From positions 1 to 64,000 of the forward strand of contig JABVCE010000005.1 of NCBI GenBank assembly GCA_014905635.1: 64,000 nt of DNA. The letters run 5' to 3'. Origin of the DNA: Scenedesmus sp. PABB004 (lineage: Eukaryota). The position numbers and the translations under genes were made by a program. The notes beneath the pieces were generated by a model. That model saw only the letters and a program-made list of their open reading frames with translations. It was not told the DNA's origin and ran no database searches. Positions 46,243-58,371 of the stretch are shown in pieces (position 1 is the stretch's first letter; each line of letters begins with the position of its first letter).

Positions 46243-48774
46243 TCACTCGCCACCGCTGATCGTGAAGCAGACCAGCTCGCTGCCGGTGAGCACCAGCAGC
46301 AGCGCGCCCGGCGCGCCTCCGCCAGCCTCGCCGCCGCCGCCGCCGCCGGGCTGGCCCTGCAGGAGGCGCGCGCCCAGGACGCTGCTGCCGGGCGACAGGC
46401 CCATGTCGACGATCTGCGTCGCCCAGCGGGCGGGTGGGCCGGCTGGCGCGTGGGGCCGGCGCGCGAGGCGGGCCGGCGCGTGGGCTGGCCGCACGCGGCG
46501 CGCGCGCGCCCCCGCCGCCGCACCTGCTGCGCCCCGTGCGTGGCGCGGGGGCGCGGCTGGGCATAGAGGTAGGCATAGCGCGCCCCCTCCACCAGCGCGG
46601 CACACAGCGGGCTCCAGCGGTCGCCTGGCGGCCACAGCGGCGGCCCGCGGCTGCGTCGGCGCGGGCGCGCGCGCGAGCGGCGCGCGCCCCATGCGGCCGC
46701 GGCGTCGCGCCGCACCCAGCAGCAGGTGGCGGCGCTGCGTCTTGCCGGCGACCACGTAGGCGAGCGCCGGCAGCGAGGCCGTGTGCGTCACGGTCAGCGC
46801 CTGCGGGCCGGCGCCGCCCAAGCCGGCGCTGCAGGCCGCGACGGGCTGCTGCTGCGGGCCCAGCACTGCCGCCACGAGCGCGCAGTCCACGTCGTCCGCA
46901 AGGCCCAGCAGCAGCCCCGCCTGCCCCACGCCGCACCCCGGCAGCGCGCCCACGGCCAGCAGCCGGTGCGGGCTGCACGCCACGCGCGACGCCAGCGCCA
47001 GGCCGCGCGGCGCGGCCTCCTGCGGGTCCGAGGTGAAGAGCAGCAGCTCGGGCGGCGCCTCCTCCCCGCCCAGCAGCTCCCCCGGGCCGCTCTCCTTGAA
47101 GACATCGGTCCACGCCGTGGCCGGCAGTGCGCCTGCGCGGCACGAGCGCGCGCACGCGGTTGGCGCGCAGGCGGGCAGGTGCGGCGCGGCGTGGCGGCGT
47201 GCCGTGGCGCGGCCGCGCGCTGCCGCACACCCAGCTCCTCCTCGCTGGTGAACTGCACCAGGCGCGCGGCCGCCTGCGCCAGCGTGCGCGGGTCGAGGTC
47301 CCGGTCGTGGTCCATGCTGGCGCCCGCGTCGGCGCCCGGCGCGGCGCTCGCGTCGGCGCCCCGCGCGGCGCCGCCCTCGCCGCCCGGCGGCGGCTGGGGG
47401 GCGCCCGTGGCAGAGGGGTTGCGGGCGTCAAAGCCTGCGCCAGGGGCGAGACGCGAGGGGCGGGGGCCGGGCGGCGGTGGTGCTGCGCCCGGGCGCCACG
47501 CCGCGCCGCGCCGTGCCTCCCGGGCCACCCGGCGCCGCACCTGGCGGCAGCTCGTCGTCCTCCAGGGGCGGGTCGGCCACAAGCAGCAGGCCCTCGCTGC
47601 CGCCAGCGCCGCCGCACGCTGCGATGGCGGCTGCCGGCGGCCCCCGCGACACCAGCAGCAGCTGGCGGTCGACGACCGTCAGCTGCTCCGGCTGCTGCTG
47701 CTGCTCCGGCTGCTGCTCCGGCTGCTGCTCCGGCTGCTGCTCGGGGTGTTGCGCCAGCGCGAGCGTGACGAGCCACGTGTCGCAGACCCAGGACGGCGCG
47801 CCGCCCCCCGCGCGGCCCGAGCCGCCGCCGGCGCCTCCGCTGGCACTGACGTCGCTCAGCGCCGCCAGCACGGCGCGGATGTGGCCTGGCGCGGCGGGCG
47901 GCGCGGTGTGAGCGCCGCGGCGCTCCCGCCCGCAGCGGCTGCCTCCGCGGTGCCGCCGCCGGCGCGCCGCACCTGGCGTCGAGCAGGCCCAGGCCGCTTC
48001 GACGGTGAACGGTCGCACACCCGTCGCCGGCGGCCGTGGCCGCAGCGGGTGCACCACCGCTGACACCAGCGCTGCGGGGGCACCGGGCGCGGTCGCGCCG
48101 CCGTGAGACGGCTGCGCCTGCGGCGGCGCCGGGGCGCGACCGGGCCGCGCTCGCCGCGGCCGCCGCACCGCTGCCGTCGGCGCGCTGCATGAGCAGCGCC
48201 AGGTCGCCGCCGCCGCGCGACACCAGCAGGTGCCCGCAGCCGCCGCCCGGCGGCGCGGCGACCACCGCGAGCGACCAGCTGAGCGCCGGCTCCGCCGCGC
48301 CGCCCAGCAGCGGGTCGTGCGGCGGCGGCGGCACGCCTGCGGCGACGGCGCGCGTGCGCGGCGGGTGGGCGGGCGCGGGCCCGCCGCCGCTGCTGCTGCT
48401 GCCGCCGCCGCGGCCGCTGCCGCGAAGATGCGCAGCGGCGACCCACTCGCGAGCGCTGCGAGGCGCAGGTCCTGCGGCGCTGGCCGCGCTGCCGGCGTCG
48501 CGATCAGCTCGTGCAGGTCCAGGGCGTCCCCAGGGCCCCGTGTCGCGACGAACAGGCGGCCGCAGCTCTCCGCGAGGTGGTTGCGCAGCGCCGCCGCGCG
48601 CGTGTGCGCGTAGCCCACCGCATCGCCCGCGCCCTGGAAGGCGGGGCCCGGCAGCGCCAGCGTCGCGCGGCCGGTCGCGACCTCCGCGCCGATGCGCCAG
48701 CTCTGGAAGGCCGCGCTGCTCTGGTGCGCGCGGTCGAGCGCGAGGCTGCTGCTGCTCCGCGGCGGCGCCGCCAT
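46243..48774 (-). CDS. NudCD1-like beta-propeller protein, multi-exon
   Basis: Motifs resembling NUDCD1 as recalled: YAHTRAAALRNHL, AAARLVQFTSEE, DDVDCAL, HTASLPALAYVVAGK, QQ|IVDM, LLVLTGSEL. Confidence 0.75.
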
Positions 48775-49099
48775 GGCGACAGAGACACGCGCCGGGAAGT
48801 CGTGCGGCTGGCCGGGTATGCGTCGGGCCAGGGGCTGGCGGCAAGTGTCGGGTCTGGGAGCGCGGCGGTCTGGAGCAGCAAACCGCCCGCGAGCACGGCC
48901 ACAGAGCGCGATCAGAAGCCCCGGCGCCGCCCCCTGCTGCACAGTCGCCGTCCCCAGCCGCAGGCCAGGGCCGGCAGCCGCCAGGCCGCCAGGCCAGGCG
49001 CGCGTCTGCGTGCGCCGCAACGACCGTCGCCGCCGGGCGGGCGGCCCTCGATTTCAGGATCCGCACGGCGCCCGCGTTTCGCCTTCGCCCCTTGGCGTC

Positions 49100-50661
49100 A
49101 TGGGTTACGCGGCGGCGCCCTGGACGTTCACGGGCAGGTGCGGCGCGAGCGAGCAGCAGACGAGCACAGGTCCCCGGGAAATGCGCGCGGGTCCGGGCCC
49201 GCGCCGACCGCGCGCCCGCGCCCACGCGCAGGGCGCTGTACCAGCTGTCGCTGGTGAAGGCGGACGAGGTGCGCGGCGCAGCGGCGGCGGCGGCGGGGGT
49301 GCGCTGCTGCCACCGCGGCAGCGCGTTGAGCTCGCGCGCCGCCGCCTCGCAGGCGCGCAAGTACGTGCCCCCGGAGCTGAAGCTCGTGGAGTTCTTCGGG
49401 TGAGCGGCCGGCCGCGGCAGCCGCGTCAGAGCCGCGCACCGCGGCGCGTGCCGCGCACCGCGCACCGCGCCGCCCCGCCCGCGCCCCGCAGCTACACGCT
49501 GGGCGGCGTCTACCTGGCGCGCTACGACGGCAGCCCTGCGGGCAGCTTTGACGAGGTGCGACGAGGCTCGCGCCTCGCCCGCCGGCTGCGCAGCGCACGG
49601 CCGCCGCCAGGCCGCGCCACACGCGCGCGACGCCGCGCCCGCGCCCGGCGCAGTGCGTGGCGATGGCCGGGCTGGTGTGGAACCCACCGACCTCGTGCGC
49701 CTGGGCGGCGCGCGTCTACGTGAGCAACGGCGAGGCGCGCGACCACGGCGTCCGCTCCGTGGGCCTGCCCTCGCGCCTCGCGGCGTTCGAGCCGCTGCGC
49801 CACGCTGCGAGCTCCAGCAAGGCGTGGTGGACGCGCGGCGGCAGCAAGGAGAGCGGCAGGGAGAGGAGCAGCAGCAGCAGCAGCAGCAGGAGCGGCAGCG
49901 GCAGCAGGGAGAGCAGCAGCGGTGGCAGCGGCGGCAGCGGCGGCAGGGAGAGCAGCAGCAGCGGGCGCGGCGGCGGGGGCGAGGAGGTGGCGCTCATCAA
50001 TGTGGACCGCGGCCGCCGCGGGCTGCCGCACCGCCCCGTGGCGGTGTTCCAGCTGCCGGCGCTGCCCGCCGGCGGCTTCCTGGGGCCGCGCCTGCGGCTC
50101 AGCCTGCCCAGCTTCAGGTGCGGCGCCGCCGCGCGCCCGGTGCGCGTCGCCGCGCGGCGCGCGCGTGCGCGCCAACGCCGCACCCCGCACCCCGCACCCC
50201 GCCGCCGCAGCGGCGGCACGGCGGAGCACCCCGGGCTGCTGCAGTACAGCTGCGACCTGGCCACGCGCGTCATGCCCGTCGCGCCCATGCGCGTGCTGCT
50301 GCCAGACAGCCACGAGGCGGCGGGCAGCGGCGGGCGCGGCGGGCGCGGCGCGGCGCCGGCGGCGGCGGCGGCGGGGCGGGCGCCCCACCCCGAGGTGCTG
50401 GACCTGCTGCTCAACGGCTGGCCCCTCGCCTGCCTCGCATTCTCAGACATGGTGGTGAGCTGCGCGCCCGGTGCCGCGCCCCGCCCCGCGCCGCGCCACG
50501 CCGCCAGGCGAGGCCGCGCCGCTGATGCCCCCGCCCCCCTCGCACGCACCCACCGCACCCAGATGCGCGTCGAAGAGCCGACCAGGCTCACCCTGCCGGC
50601 CCCGAGCGAGAAGCAGCACGCCCTGCCTGCGCTGGCGGCGGTGCTGCCCCAAAAGAGGTGA
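49100..50661 (+). CDS. NXD1: NEOXANTHIN-DEFICIENT 1 homolog, 7 exons; 3' end may extend via AG|gtgagc
   Basis: GYAAAPWTFTG|RALYQLSLVKA, YTLGGVYLARYDGSPAGSFDE, AGLVWNPPTSCAWAARVYV, VGLPS. Confidence 0.93.
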
Positions 50662-50805
50662 GCACGGGAGCGGCAGGAGTGGCGGGAGTGGCGGCGCCGC
50701 GGCGCCACCCGCACCACCAGAGCGCGGCTGCCTCTGCGGCCGACGGGCGGGCTGCTGCGCCACACGGCGTCCGCGGCAACTTGCAACTGGTTCGAACCAG
50801 TGAAC

Positions 50806-52946
50806 TCACAGCTCGTCGTCGCTCGACCCACCGCCGCTGCCGCCGCCGCCGCCGGCAGCCGCCCGCCCGCCGCCGCGCGCGCCGCCGCCGCGCAGCAGCA
50901 CGCTGAACTCGTACGCGTTGTGCAGCTCGCTGAGCGTGCTGCGCACGCGCGCGCTGATCAGGCTCTTGCCCAGGCCGCGCTCCACGCGCTCGAGCCAGCC
51001 AAGGAACCAGGCGCGCGTCTCGGCCGCGACGCCGGCAGGCATGTCCGGCCAGAGCACCAGGTGCGCGGCGTCCAGCACCGCGAGCAGCGCCCAGGCGTCA
51101 ACGGCGCCGCGGCCGCTGCCGCCGCTGCCGACCTGCAGCAGCGCCTTGCTGGGCACGCCACCGAGCAGCGCCTGCAGCACCTGGTGCAGCGCGTGCGCCG
51201 GCGGCGTGGCGCCGCCCGCCGCGCCGCGCGCCTGCGCCAGCAGGTCGCCGTGCTTGCCCGGCAGCAGCCTGCCCAGCAGCAGCAGCCCGCCCTGCTGCCG
51301 GAGCGCGATACCGCGCGGCGTCTGTGGCAGCTGCGACAGCAGCAGCACCGCCGACCTGCGGGGCAGGGCCGGCGGGGGTCAGCGGCGGCGCTGGCAGCGG
51401 TCGTGTCGGCACCGCGCGCCGACCGCGGCCACGCGGGCCCCTCGCCCGCCGCACCGGTCAGACGGCCCCAGTCCCCCGCGCAGCGCGTCCAGCAGCTGCG
51501 GCTCCAGCGCCGCCCACGCCTGGTCCGTGAGCGCGCCCAGCAGCGCGCCCAGCGCGCGCGCCGGCAGGCCGCGGCAGGTCGCGCCCACGCGCGCGTCGAG
51601 CAGCAGCGAGCACAGCAGCAGCGCGAGCTGGCGCACGTCGTCGGGCTCGCCCAGCGCCAGCGGCAGCCGCCCGCCCGGCCCGCCGGCGCCACACACGCTG
51701 CCCAGCAGTGCGAGCACCAGCCCCAGGTTGCCGTCGCCCCAAGGCCCGAGGCAGGGCGGCGCCGCGGCCTCTGCCGCGGCCGCGGCCCTCGCTGCAGCTG
51801 ACGAGGGCGTGGCCGGCGCGACGCGGACGCCCATCGCCGCCAGCGCCGCAGCAAAGTCGCGCGCGCCGGGCAGCCATTTCACCGTCACCGGCGGCGCGAG
51901 CTCCGCCGCCCAGCCCTCCAGCGCGTCAGGCGGCAGCTCCGTGCCTGCCGCGGCGGGGAGGCGGGAGAGGGGCGCGTGGGCCGGCCGCTGCCGCCGAGGC
52001 CGAGGCCGAGGCCGAGGCCGAGGCCGAGGCCGAGGCCGAGGCCGAGCGCAGCGCCGCGCCAAGCGCGGCGCCAAGCAGCCGGCGCCTCGCACCGGCCAGC
52101 GCCTCGTCCACACCGCACCAGCACAGCAGGCGCGCAAGGGCCGCGCCCGCCAGCTCGCGCCCGCCGAAGCAGAGCGCCTCGAATGCGGCGGCCGCGACGG
52201 CCGCGTCGGGGCACTCGGCCAGCGCCTCGGCTTCGCGCAGCAGCCCCCCAAACACGGCCTCCGCGGCCGCCTGCCGGCCCGCGGCATCGCCGGGCTCGCG
52301 GGGCGGCAGCTCCAGCAGCTGCTCCCGCAGCGCGAGCGCCCGCGCCACCACGGGCAGCTCCGCCAGCAGGCGCAGCGGCGGCAGCGCCTGCGGCGCGTGC
52401 GCGCGCGTGGGCTCGAGCCGCCGCTGCCGCCCCGCGCCGCGCCGCGCCGCACCGCGCCGCACCTGCACCAGCTGCACCGTGCGCGCGTGGCTGGGCGGCT
52501 CCTGGTCGGGCACGTCGTCGGCGCCCTTGCCCAGCGCTTCGTGTGCGACCTTTGCGACGGTCTCCAGAATGTCGACTTGGCCCGCCAGCGTGAGCTCCGC
52601 GCCCGCGACGCCCGCGTCGGGCCCGGGCGACGGCGGCGCGCCCGCGGCGGCGAGCTGCGCCGCGGCCGCGGCCGCCGCGCGCATCGCGTCTGACGCGCCG
52701 CGGTCGCGCTCGCTCCGCCGCGTCGCCACCACCTTGAGCGCGCGCTGCGCCTCGGTGTAGCTGCGGCGCGGCGGGCGGGTGGTGGCGGCGCGCCGCGCAG
52801 TGCAGCAGCAGCGCCCTGCGGCGTGCGTGCGCGCGCGCCCACCCCGCGTGTATGTCCACCCGCAGCTCGCCCAGGTCGTCGTCGACGTCGTCGTCGACGC
52901 CCAGCGGCGCTGCCAGGGCGGCGCCGGTGCCGGCGCCGCGCGCCAT
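50806..52946 (-). CDS. SLF2/FAM178-like (CANIN domain) SMC5/6 loader candidate, 5 exons
   Basis: Helical protein with WLPGARDFAAALAAMG, NLGLVLALLG, LLLCSLLLD, LSQLPQTPRGIALRQQGGLLLLGRLL, ARVRSTLSELH. Confidence 0.6.
51993..52046. repeat. (GCCGAG)9 intronic microsatellite
   Basis: Nine perfect hexamers. Confidence 0.95.
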
Positions 52947-53277
52947 CGCGCGGCGCTGCTCCGCTGCCCCCTGCGCGGCGCCCGCAGTGGCGTGGCAGGC
53001 GTCTGGGGCGTCGGAAGCGGCGCGGCGAGGAGTGAGGGGCGGGCGGCTGAGGCGGGCGGCGCTCCTGCGCGGCGGCGGCGGTGCAGCAGCGATGCGCGTT
53101 TGAAGCGCGGCGGGTTTTGTTGTGAGCCGCGTCCCCTCCCGCGCTATTTCTGAGTGAGTGAGTCTCGCTGTTTTCCGCGACGTTCGTGCCCGTCGCTGTT
53201 GCGCGGGTCGAGCAGTCCGCGCTCCCGCGCTGGCGCGCGCCCCTTGTGCCATGGCCCCGCCGTGACGCCCTGACGCC

Positions 53278-56114
53278 ATGCCGGAGACGCTGGTGCTGGT
53301 GGAGGGCGATGACGCCGGCGGGCTGCTGCTGGGCGGCGAGCCGGTGCGGCGGCGGCGGCGGCGAGCAGCGCGCGCCGGCGGTTGCCGCCGCCGGCGCGCG
53401 CCGACCGCCGCGCGCGGTCGCAGGTGGACGTGGACTTCCACGGCACCGTCTATGCCGTCAGCCTGGCGGTGCGCGACGAGCAGGTGCTGGTGGTGGAGGT
53501 GGAGCACGCGGAGAGCTGCGACGTCTGGCGCGGCGAGTTCGCCGCCAGCTGTGAGCGCCCGCGCGCCGCGCGCGCGCCGCACAGCCGCGCGTGCGCGCAC
53601 GCCGCGCGCCACGCCTGCCGCGGCCCGACCGCGCGCCGTGCTCTGCCGCTGCCCGACCGCGGCGCGCGCAGACGTGGAGGACATCACCGCCAAGGCGGGC
53701 AGCCTGAAGCGCTTCGCCGTGTTTGTGCGCATGCTCGCCGGCGCCGTGGCGGGCGGGCGGCGCAGCGTCGCGCTGGACCTGCTGACCGTCGACGACCTCG
53801 CGCTGCTCAAGGCGCGCAAGGCCGCCGGGCGCGGCGACGGCGCGGCGGGGACGGCCCCGCGCGCCGGCGGCGCCGCGTCGGCCGCGTCGGCAGGCCTGCC
53901 ACGCGGCGCGGCGCACAAGCGCTACCTCATACTCACCTACGCGAGCGAGTACGAGCGCGTGCACTTCCCGCTGCCCCTCGCGGAGGCGCCACCGACGCCG
54001 AAGCGCCTCAAGGCGCGCCTCCGCGAGGCGCGGCACCAGCTCGCACACGCGGCGGCGGCCACGGCGGCGGCGGCGCAGCAGCAGCAGCAGCAGCAGCAGC
54101 TGCAGCAGCAGGCGGGCGCGGGCGGCCGCGGCGGCGAGGTGAGCGGCGGCGCTGCGGGGCAGGGCGGTCGCAGCGGCCCGCGCGCCAGCGGCCCGCGGTC
54201 GCAGCGGCCCGCGTGCCAGCGGCCCGCGCGATGGGGGCCGCTGCCGCGGCCGCGCCGTCACCGCCGCCGTCGCCGGCCGCGCCGCGGCGTCGCGCGCAGG
54301 CGCTGGACGGGTGCGACGCTGAGCTGCTGGCGTGCCGGCTGGAGGTAATGGCGGCCAGCCTGGAGCGCGAGCGCAGCGAGCACCGGCGCGAGCTGCGGCG
54401 CAAGGCGCGGGAGCTGCAGGAGGTGAGGGCCTGCGCAGCGGGCCTGCCCGCGGCCGGCCGGCCGGGGCCGCCCGCGCCCGCGCGCCGCCGTCACGCCCGC
54501 CGCCGCCCGTGCGCTTGCCCTCGCCCCCTGCAGCTGCAGGCGGAGCTGTGCGCGTGCCGCGACGGCGCGCGCGAGCTGCGGCAGCGCGTCAAGGCGCTGG
54601 AGCAGCAGCTCGCGGCGGCGGCGCCGCAGCAGCAGGCGCTGCGGCGCGGCGGCGGCGGCGGCGGCGCGCCGGCCGGCCCGGCGCCCAAGCGCGGCGCCTG
54701 GGGCGGGGGCGGCAGCGGCATCGGCAGCGCAGGCAGCGAGGCGGCGCGCGGCTGGCAGGCGTCGTCGTACCTGTCTGGCGCCGGCAAGTTCCCCGGCGGC
54801 GCCAGCAGCAAGTACCCGCCGCGGCGCGCGGCGCCGGCGCAGCAGGGGGCCCCGAGCTCGCGCGGGTGAGCGCGCGCGCGCGGCCGCCCGCGCCGGCGGC
54901 GCAGCGGCGGCCAACCGCGGCCCCCGTGCTGCACCGCGCGGCGCCCGCCGCGCGCGTCCGCAGGACGTCCCCTGCCAGCAGCCGCGGCGCGTCGCCGTAC
55001 AACAAGCCCTGGGCGCAGAGTGCGCGCGCCGGCCCATCTGCGCACGCGCCGGCGCATGCCGGCACGCCGTCCCGGCACCCCCCCTCCTTCCCACACGCGC
55101 GCGCGCTCGCTCATCGCGCCGCCGCCCGCAGACTCGACGCCGCCGCGCCCGCCGCGGCCCTCCAGCGCGCCGGCGCGGCAGCGCTTCGACCCGACCGAGT
55201 ACGTGCGGCAGCGCCGCGCCCAGCAGGAGGCCGCGGCGCAGCGCCGCGGGCCCGGCAGCCGGGGCAGCAGCCCTGCGCGGAGCGTGGGGCCGTCGGGCGG
55301 CAGCACGCCCCGGGGCCTCGCCAGCCCCGCGGCGCCGAGGCGAGGCCCGGGCGGCGCCACCCCCAGCCGGCAGGGCTCGCTGGAGCGCAGCGGCAGCGCC
55401 GGCGCGGCGCGCAGAGGCGGCGCGGCAGGCGGGGACGGCAGCATTCGGGCGCTGCGCGGCAGCACCGATTCGGGCGCCGGCGGCCGCAGCGGCGGCAGCG
55501 CCAGGCGTGAGCGGCTGGGGGCTGCGTACGGCACGACCGGCACAGCGGGCAGCACAGGCGGAAGCAGGAGCAGCAGCAGGGGCAGGCAGCCGCCGGGCGG
55601 GCTCGTACGCGGCCACTCGCCAGCAGGTGTGGCGGCGGGCGCTGGCCCCTGCAGAGCCGCCCCTGCAGCGCACGCTGCAGCAGCTCACGTGCCCCGCCGC
55701 CGCAGGCCGGGAGGGCTCGCGCGCTGCCTCGCCTGGCGCCGCGCTGGCGGGCGTGCGGGAGCAGCTGACCAGCTTCATGGCCAAGCAGCAGCTGGCGCAG
55801 CAGCTGGAGCACCCGGGTGCGTGGACCGGTGACGGCCGGGGCGTGGGGCAGGCGCGGCGCCGTGCCTCGCGTGCGGGGCACCAACCTGCACCGCCACTCC
55901 GCGCCGCAGGGGGCCCGCCGCCCCTGCGTCGCCGGCGGCGGGGCCGCCCGTCGCCGCGGCGCGCGCGGGCGCGGCCTGCACCGGCGGCGCGAGCCCCCGC
56001 CCTGGCGGGCGCATGCTGCAGTGCGCTGGCGGTGAGATCGCAGACATTGATGCGCGGCTGGCCGCGCTGCAGGCCTTCCTGCGGCAGGCCAAGTCGAGTG
56101 TACGGGCCACCTAG
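53278..56114 (+). CDS. CCDC61: CCDC61/VFL3 centriolar (SAS6-like head) coiled-coil protein, multi-exon
   Basis: WRGEFAAS|.VEDITAKAGSLKRFAVFVRML, LDLLTVDDL, KRYLILTYASEYERVHFPLPL, RFDPTEYV, C-terminal DIDARLAALQAFL. Confidence 0.93.
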
Positions 56115-58371
56115 TGCGCAGGGCGGCCGATCGCCGACAGCCGGGTGCGCCCGCCCGACGCCCCTGCCCTTCCTTCCAGAGCGAGCCGCGCAGCGGGGCG
56201 CACGTGCGCACACGCCGCCCGGCGGCGTGCGTCGTTGCGCGTTGTTTTGGGGGCGCTGCCGCAGCGGCGGCGGGCGTCAGCGCTGCTGACGCTGGCTGGC
56301 GGGTTAATACAATGATCACTCCGCTCCGCTCCGCCCGGCGTCAGCCCGCGCGGTCCAGCGCCCTGCGTGGGCAGGCCCCTGCCCATGCATGTCTGTCGCT
56401 TCGGGGACGGCAGTGTGTGTGTTACACAGTCGCGTGAGCTCCGCCGCAGTGTGTATGGAAGGCCAAGGGTCTCGTCCCCTGGCAAGGCCAGGGGTCTCGT
56501 GTCCCCAAAGATATATACCTTCCAAGTGAGGACGGTGCTTCATGCAAAAACGCGAGGCCGGCATGCGTGCGCACACACGGACACCACACTCTGGCATCGT
56601 CCCCATGCGTGCAGCGCAGAGGGTGGCGGCAGCGGCCGACCTGAGGCAAGGCCTCGCAAGGCAAGGCTTGCAGCGCCTAGGGAAAAACCAAGCGCGTTCG
56701 TGTTCGCGCTGGCACCCGAGGCACGCCTGTTTGGTGGCGTGCGGCGCCGTTGAGAGCAGCAGCAAAACTGCCTGGTGCGAAGCCACGCACGACAAAAATC
56801 TGGCCTATACAAACAGCATGTCCATATGTGCTGTGCGTGCCGCGAAGCCAAGCCTGAGTGCCATATATGACATATATGACATATCAAGGGAGCCAAAGCC
56901 AAGAGCCGAAAGAGAAGAAGACCAGCAGCGAAACACAGTGCTTGTGGCGGACGAGGTGGGGCCACGCTCGCGGCAGCCAGGGCCTATGCGCAGCACGCCA
57001 ATGGGGCGCGCCCGCCAGGTGAGCGCGTCGCTAGACCTCATACGCCTGGCAGCAGCCGGTCGTGCCAGCCGGCAGCCCGCCGGCTCGCACGCGGGGCAGG
57101 TGCCAGGACAGCAGGCTCGTCTCGCTCACTTGACAGACGCCGTTCATTTGGCATCATCGTTCATCATTCAGGGGTCGGCGCCGCACACAGCGCCACCATT
57201 GGGCTGGCGCACATTTCTTGTTGAGAGAGGATCAGGCCGCATGCACGCACACGAACCCGAGCCAAACGCCACTCCCCCGCGCTCGCTTGGGCTCGCGCAT
57301 TTAGGTGTAGGTGTACTTTATCATGCTGCGAGTCGGGCGCATTTGCGTGTGTGTGTGTGTGTCTGTTTTGTGTGCGTGCAACACACACGCACGCGCGAGG
57401 TGCTCGCGCGCACCGTGAGCACCCGGCGGCCAGGCGGCAGTGCACGTGCGCGTGCGCTCGGTGGCGCACGCAGAAAAAGCGGGGTCTCTAAAAAAGGGTC
57501 CCAAGAAGCGACGCCCCGGCAACATGTCAGGGCCGTCGTCGTCGTGGAGCCAGCAGCTGCCGCTGCAGGGCTGCAGCGCACCGCGCGTGCCGGGGTCCCT
57601 CTCACGCCCCCGCCCCCGCTGACCGCGCCCGTCACGCGCGTGCGGGCCAGCGGCGCTGCTCCTCCGCCGACCAGGTGTGGGGAGGGTAGGTGCGCCGCCG
57701 ACCCGCCTCCCACCACCCTTCCTTCCCCCCTTCCCTCCTACTCCCGTCGTCGCGTTGACACCACAGACTGCTGTGCGCACAGCGCAGTCCGCACAGCTCT
57801 CGGCGCGCGGCCGGCAGGGCCTGCCCGCGCTGCAGGGGGCGCCCGTGCGCCAACAACCCAGACCGCTCTCTTGCGCTGTTGCGCTCTCTCTTGTGCCAAG
57901 GGGGTCTGGGATGGGTGCGTGGAAAGGCAGCAACCGAAACCGGGGTGCTCCATGCGTGGGAGGGGTGCAACGCGGCAGGTCCAGGCAAAACACGCTCTCC
58001 GTCTCTGCTCAGTGCTCCACGACCCGGCCGCGTGCGCCGCAGCGCGCGTGCGCGGCGCTGCTGCGTCGCGCGCAGCCGGGGCGACAACTCCACCAAAACA
58101 CAGCAAGCACACAAGCGAGGAACACGCGCGGCGTCCCCAGTGTTCCCCGCCCCATCAGCTCGCCGGCTCGCCGGACATAGGCAGCGCGGCTCTAGAGCTT
58201 TCAAATGGGCCCAAGCAAGGCGCCAGCTGCAATCGTGCACGGCTCCAGCGAGCGCGCCAGCGCCCAAGCGGGGCTGGCGCGTGGAGCGTGGAAGGTCAGT
58301 GTGTGCAATCGTGCGCAGGGATCCGGCGCCGCATGCGCGCGAGGCCGGCCGCGCCAGGGCAGGCGCCTCAC

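Noticed and set aside
1059..49687. Very long Arg/Ala/Pro-rich ORFs (e.g. 1059-4166, 35101-38748, 41033-44743, 45449-49687)
   Set aside because: Stop codons are rare at this GC content; these ORFs read through introns or lie antisense to real spliced genes
56862..56885. CATATATGA short tandem repeat
   Set aside because: Only about 2.5 units; no terminal inverted repeat or target-site duplication partner found
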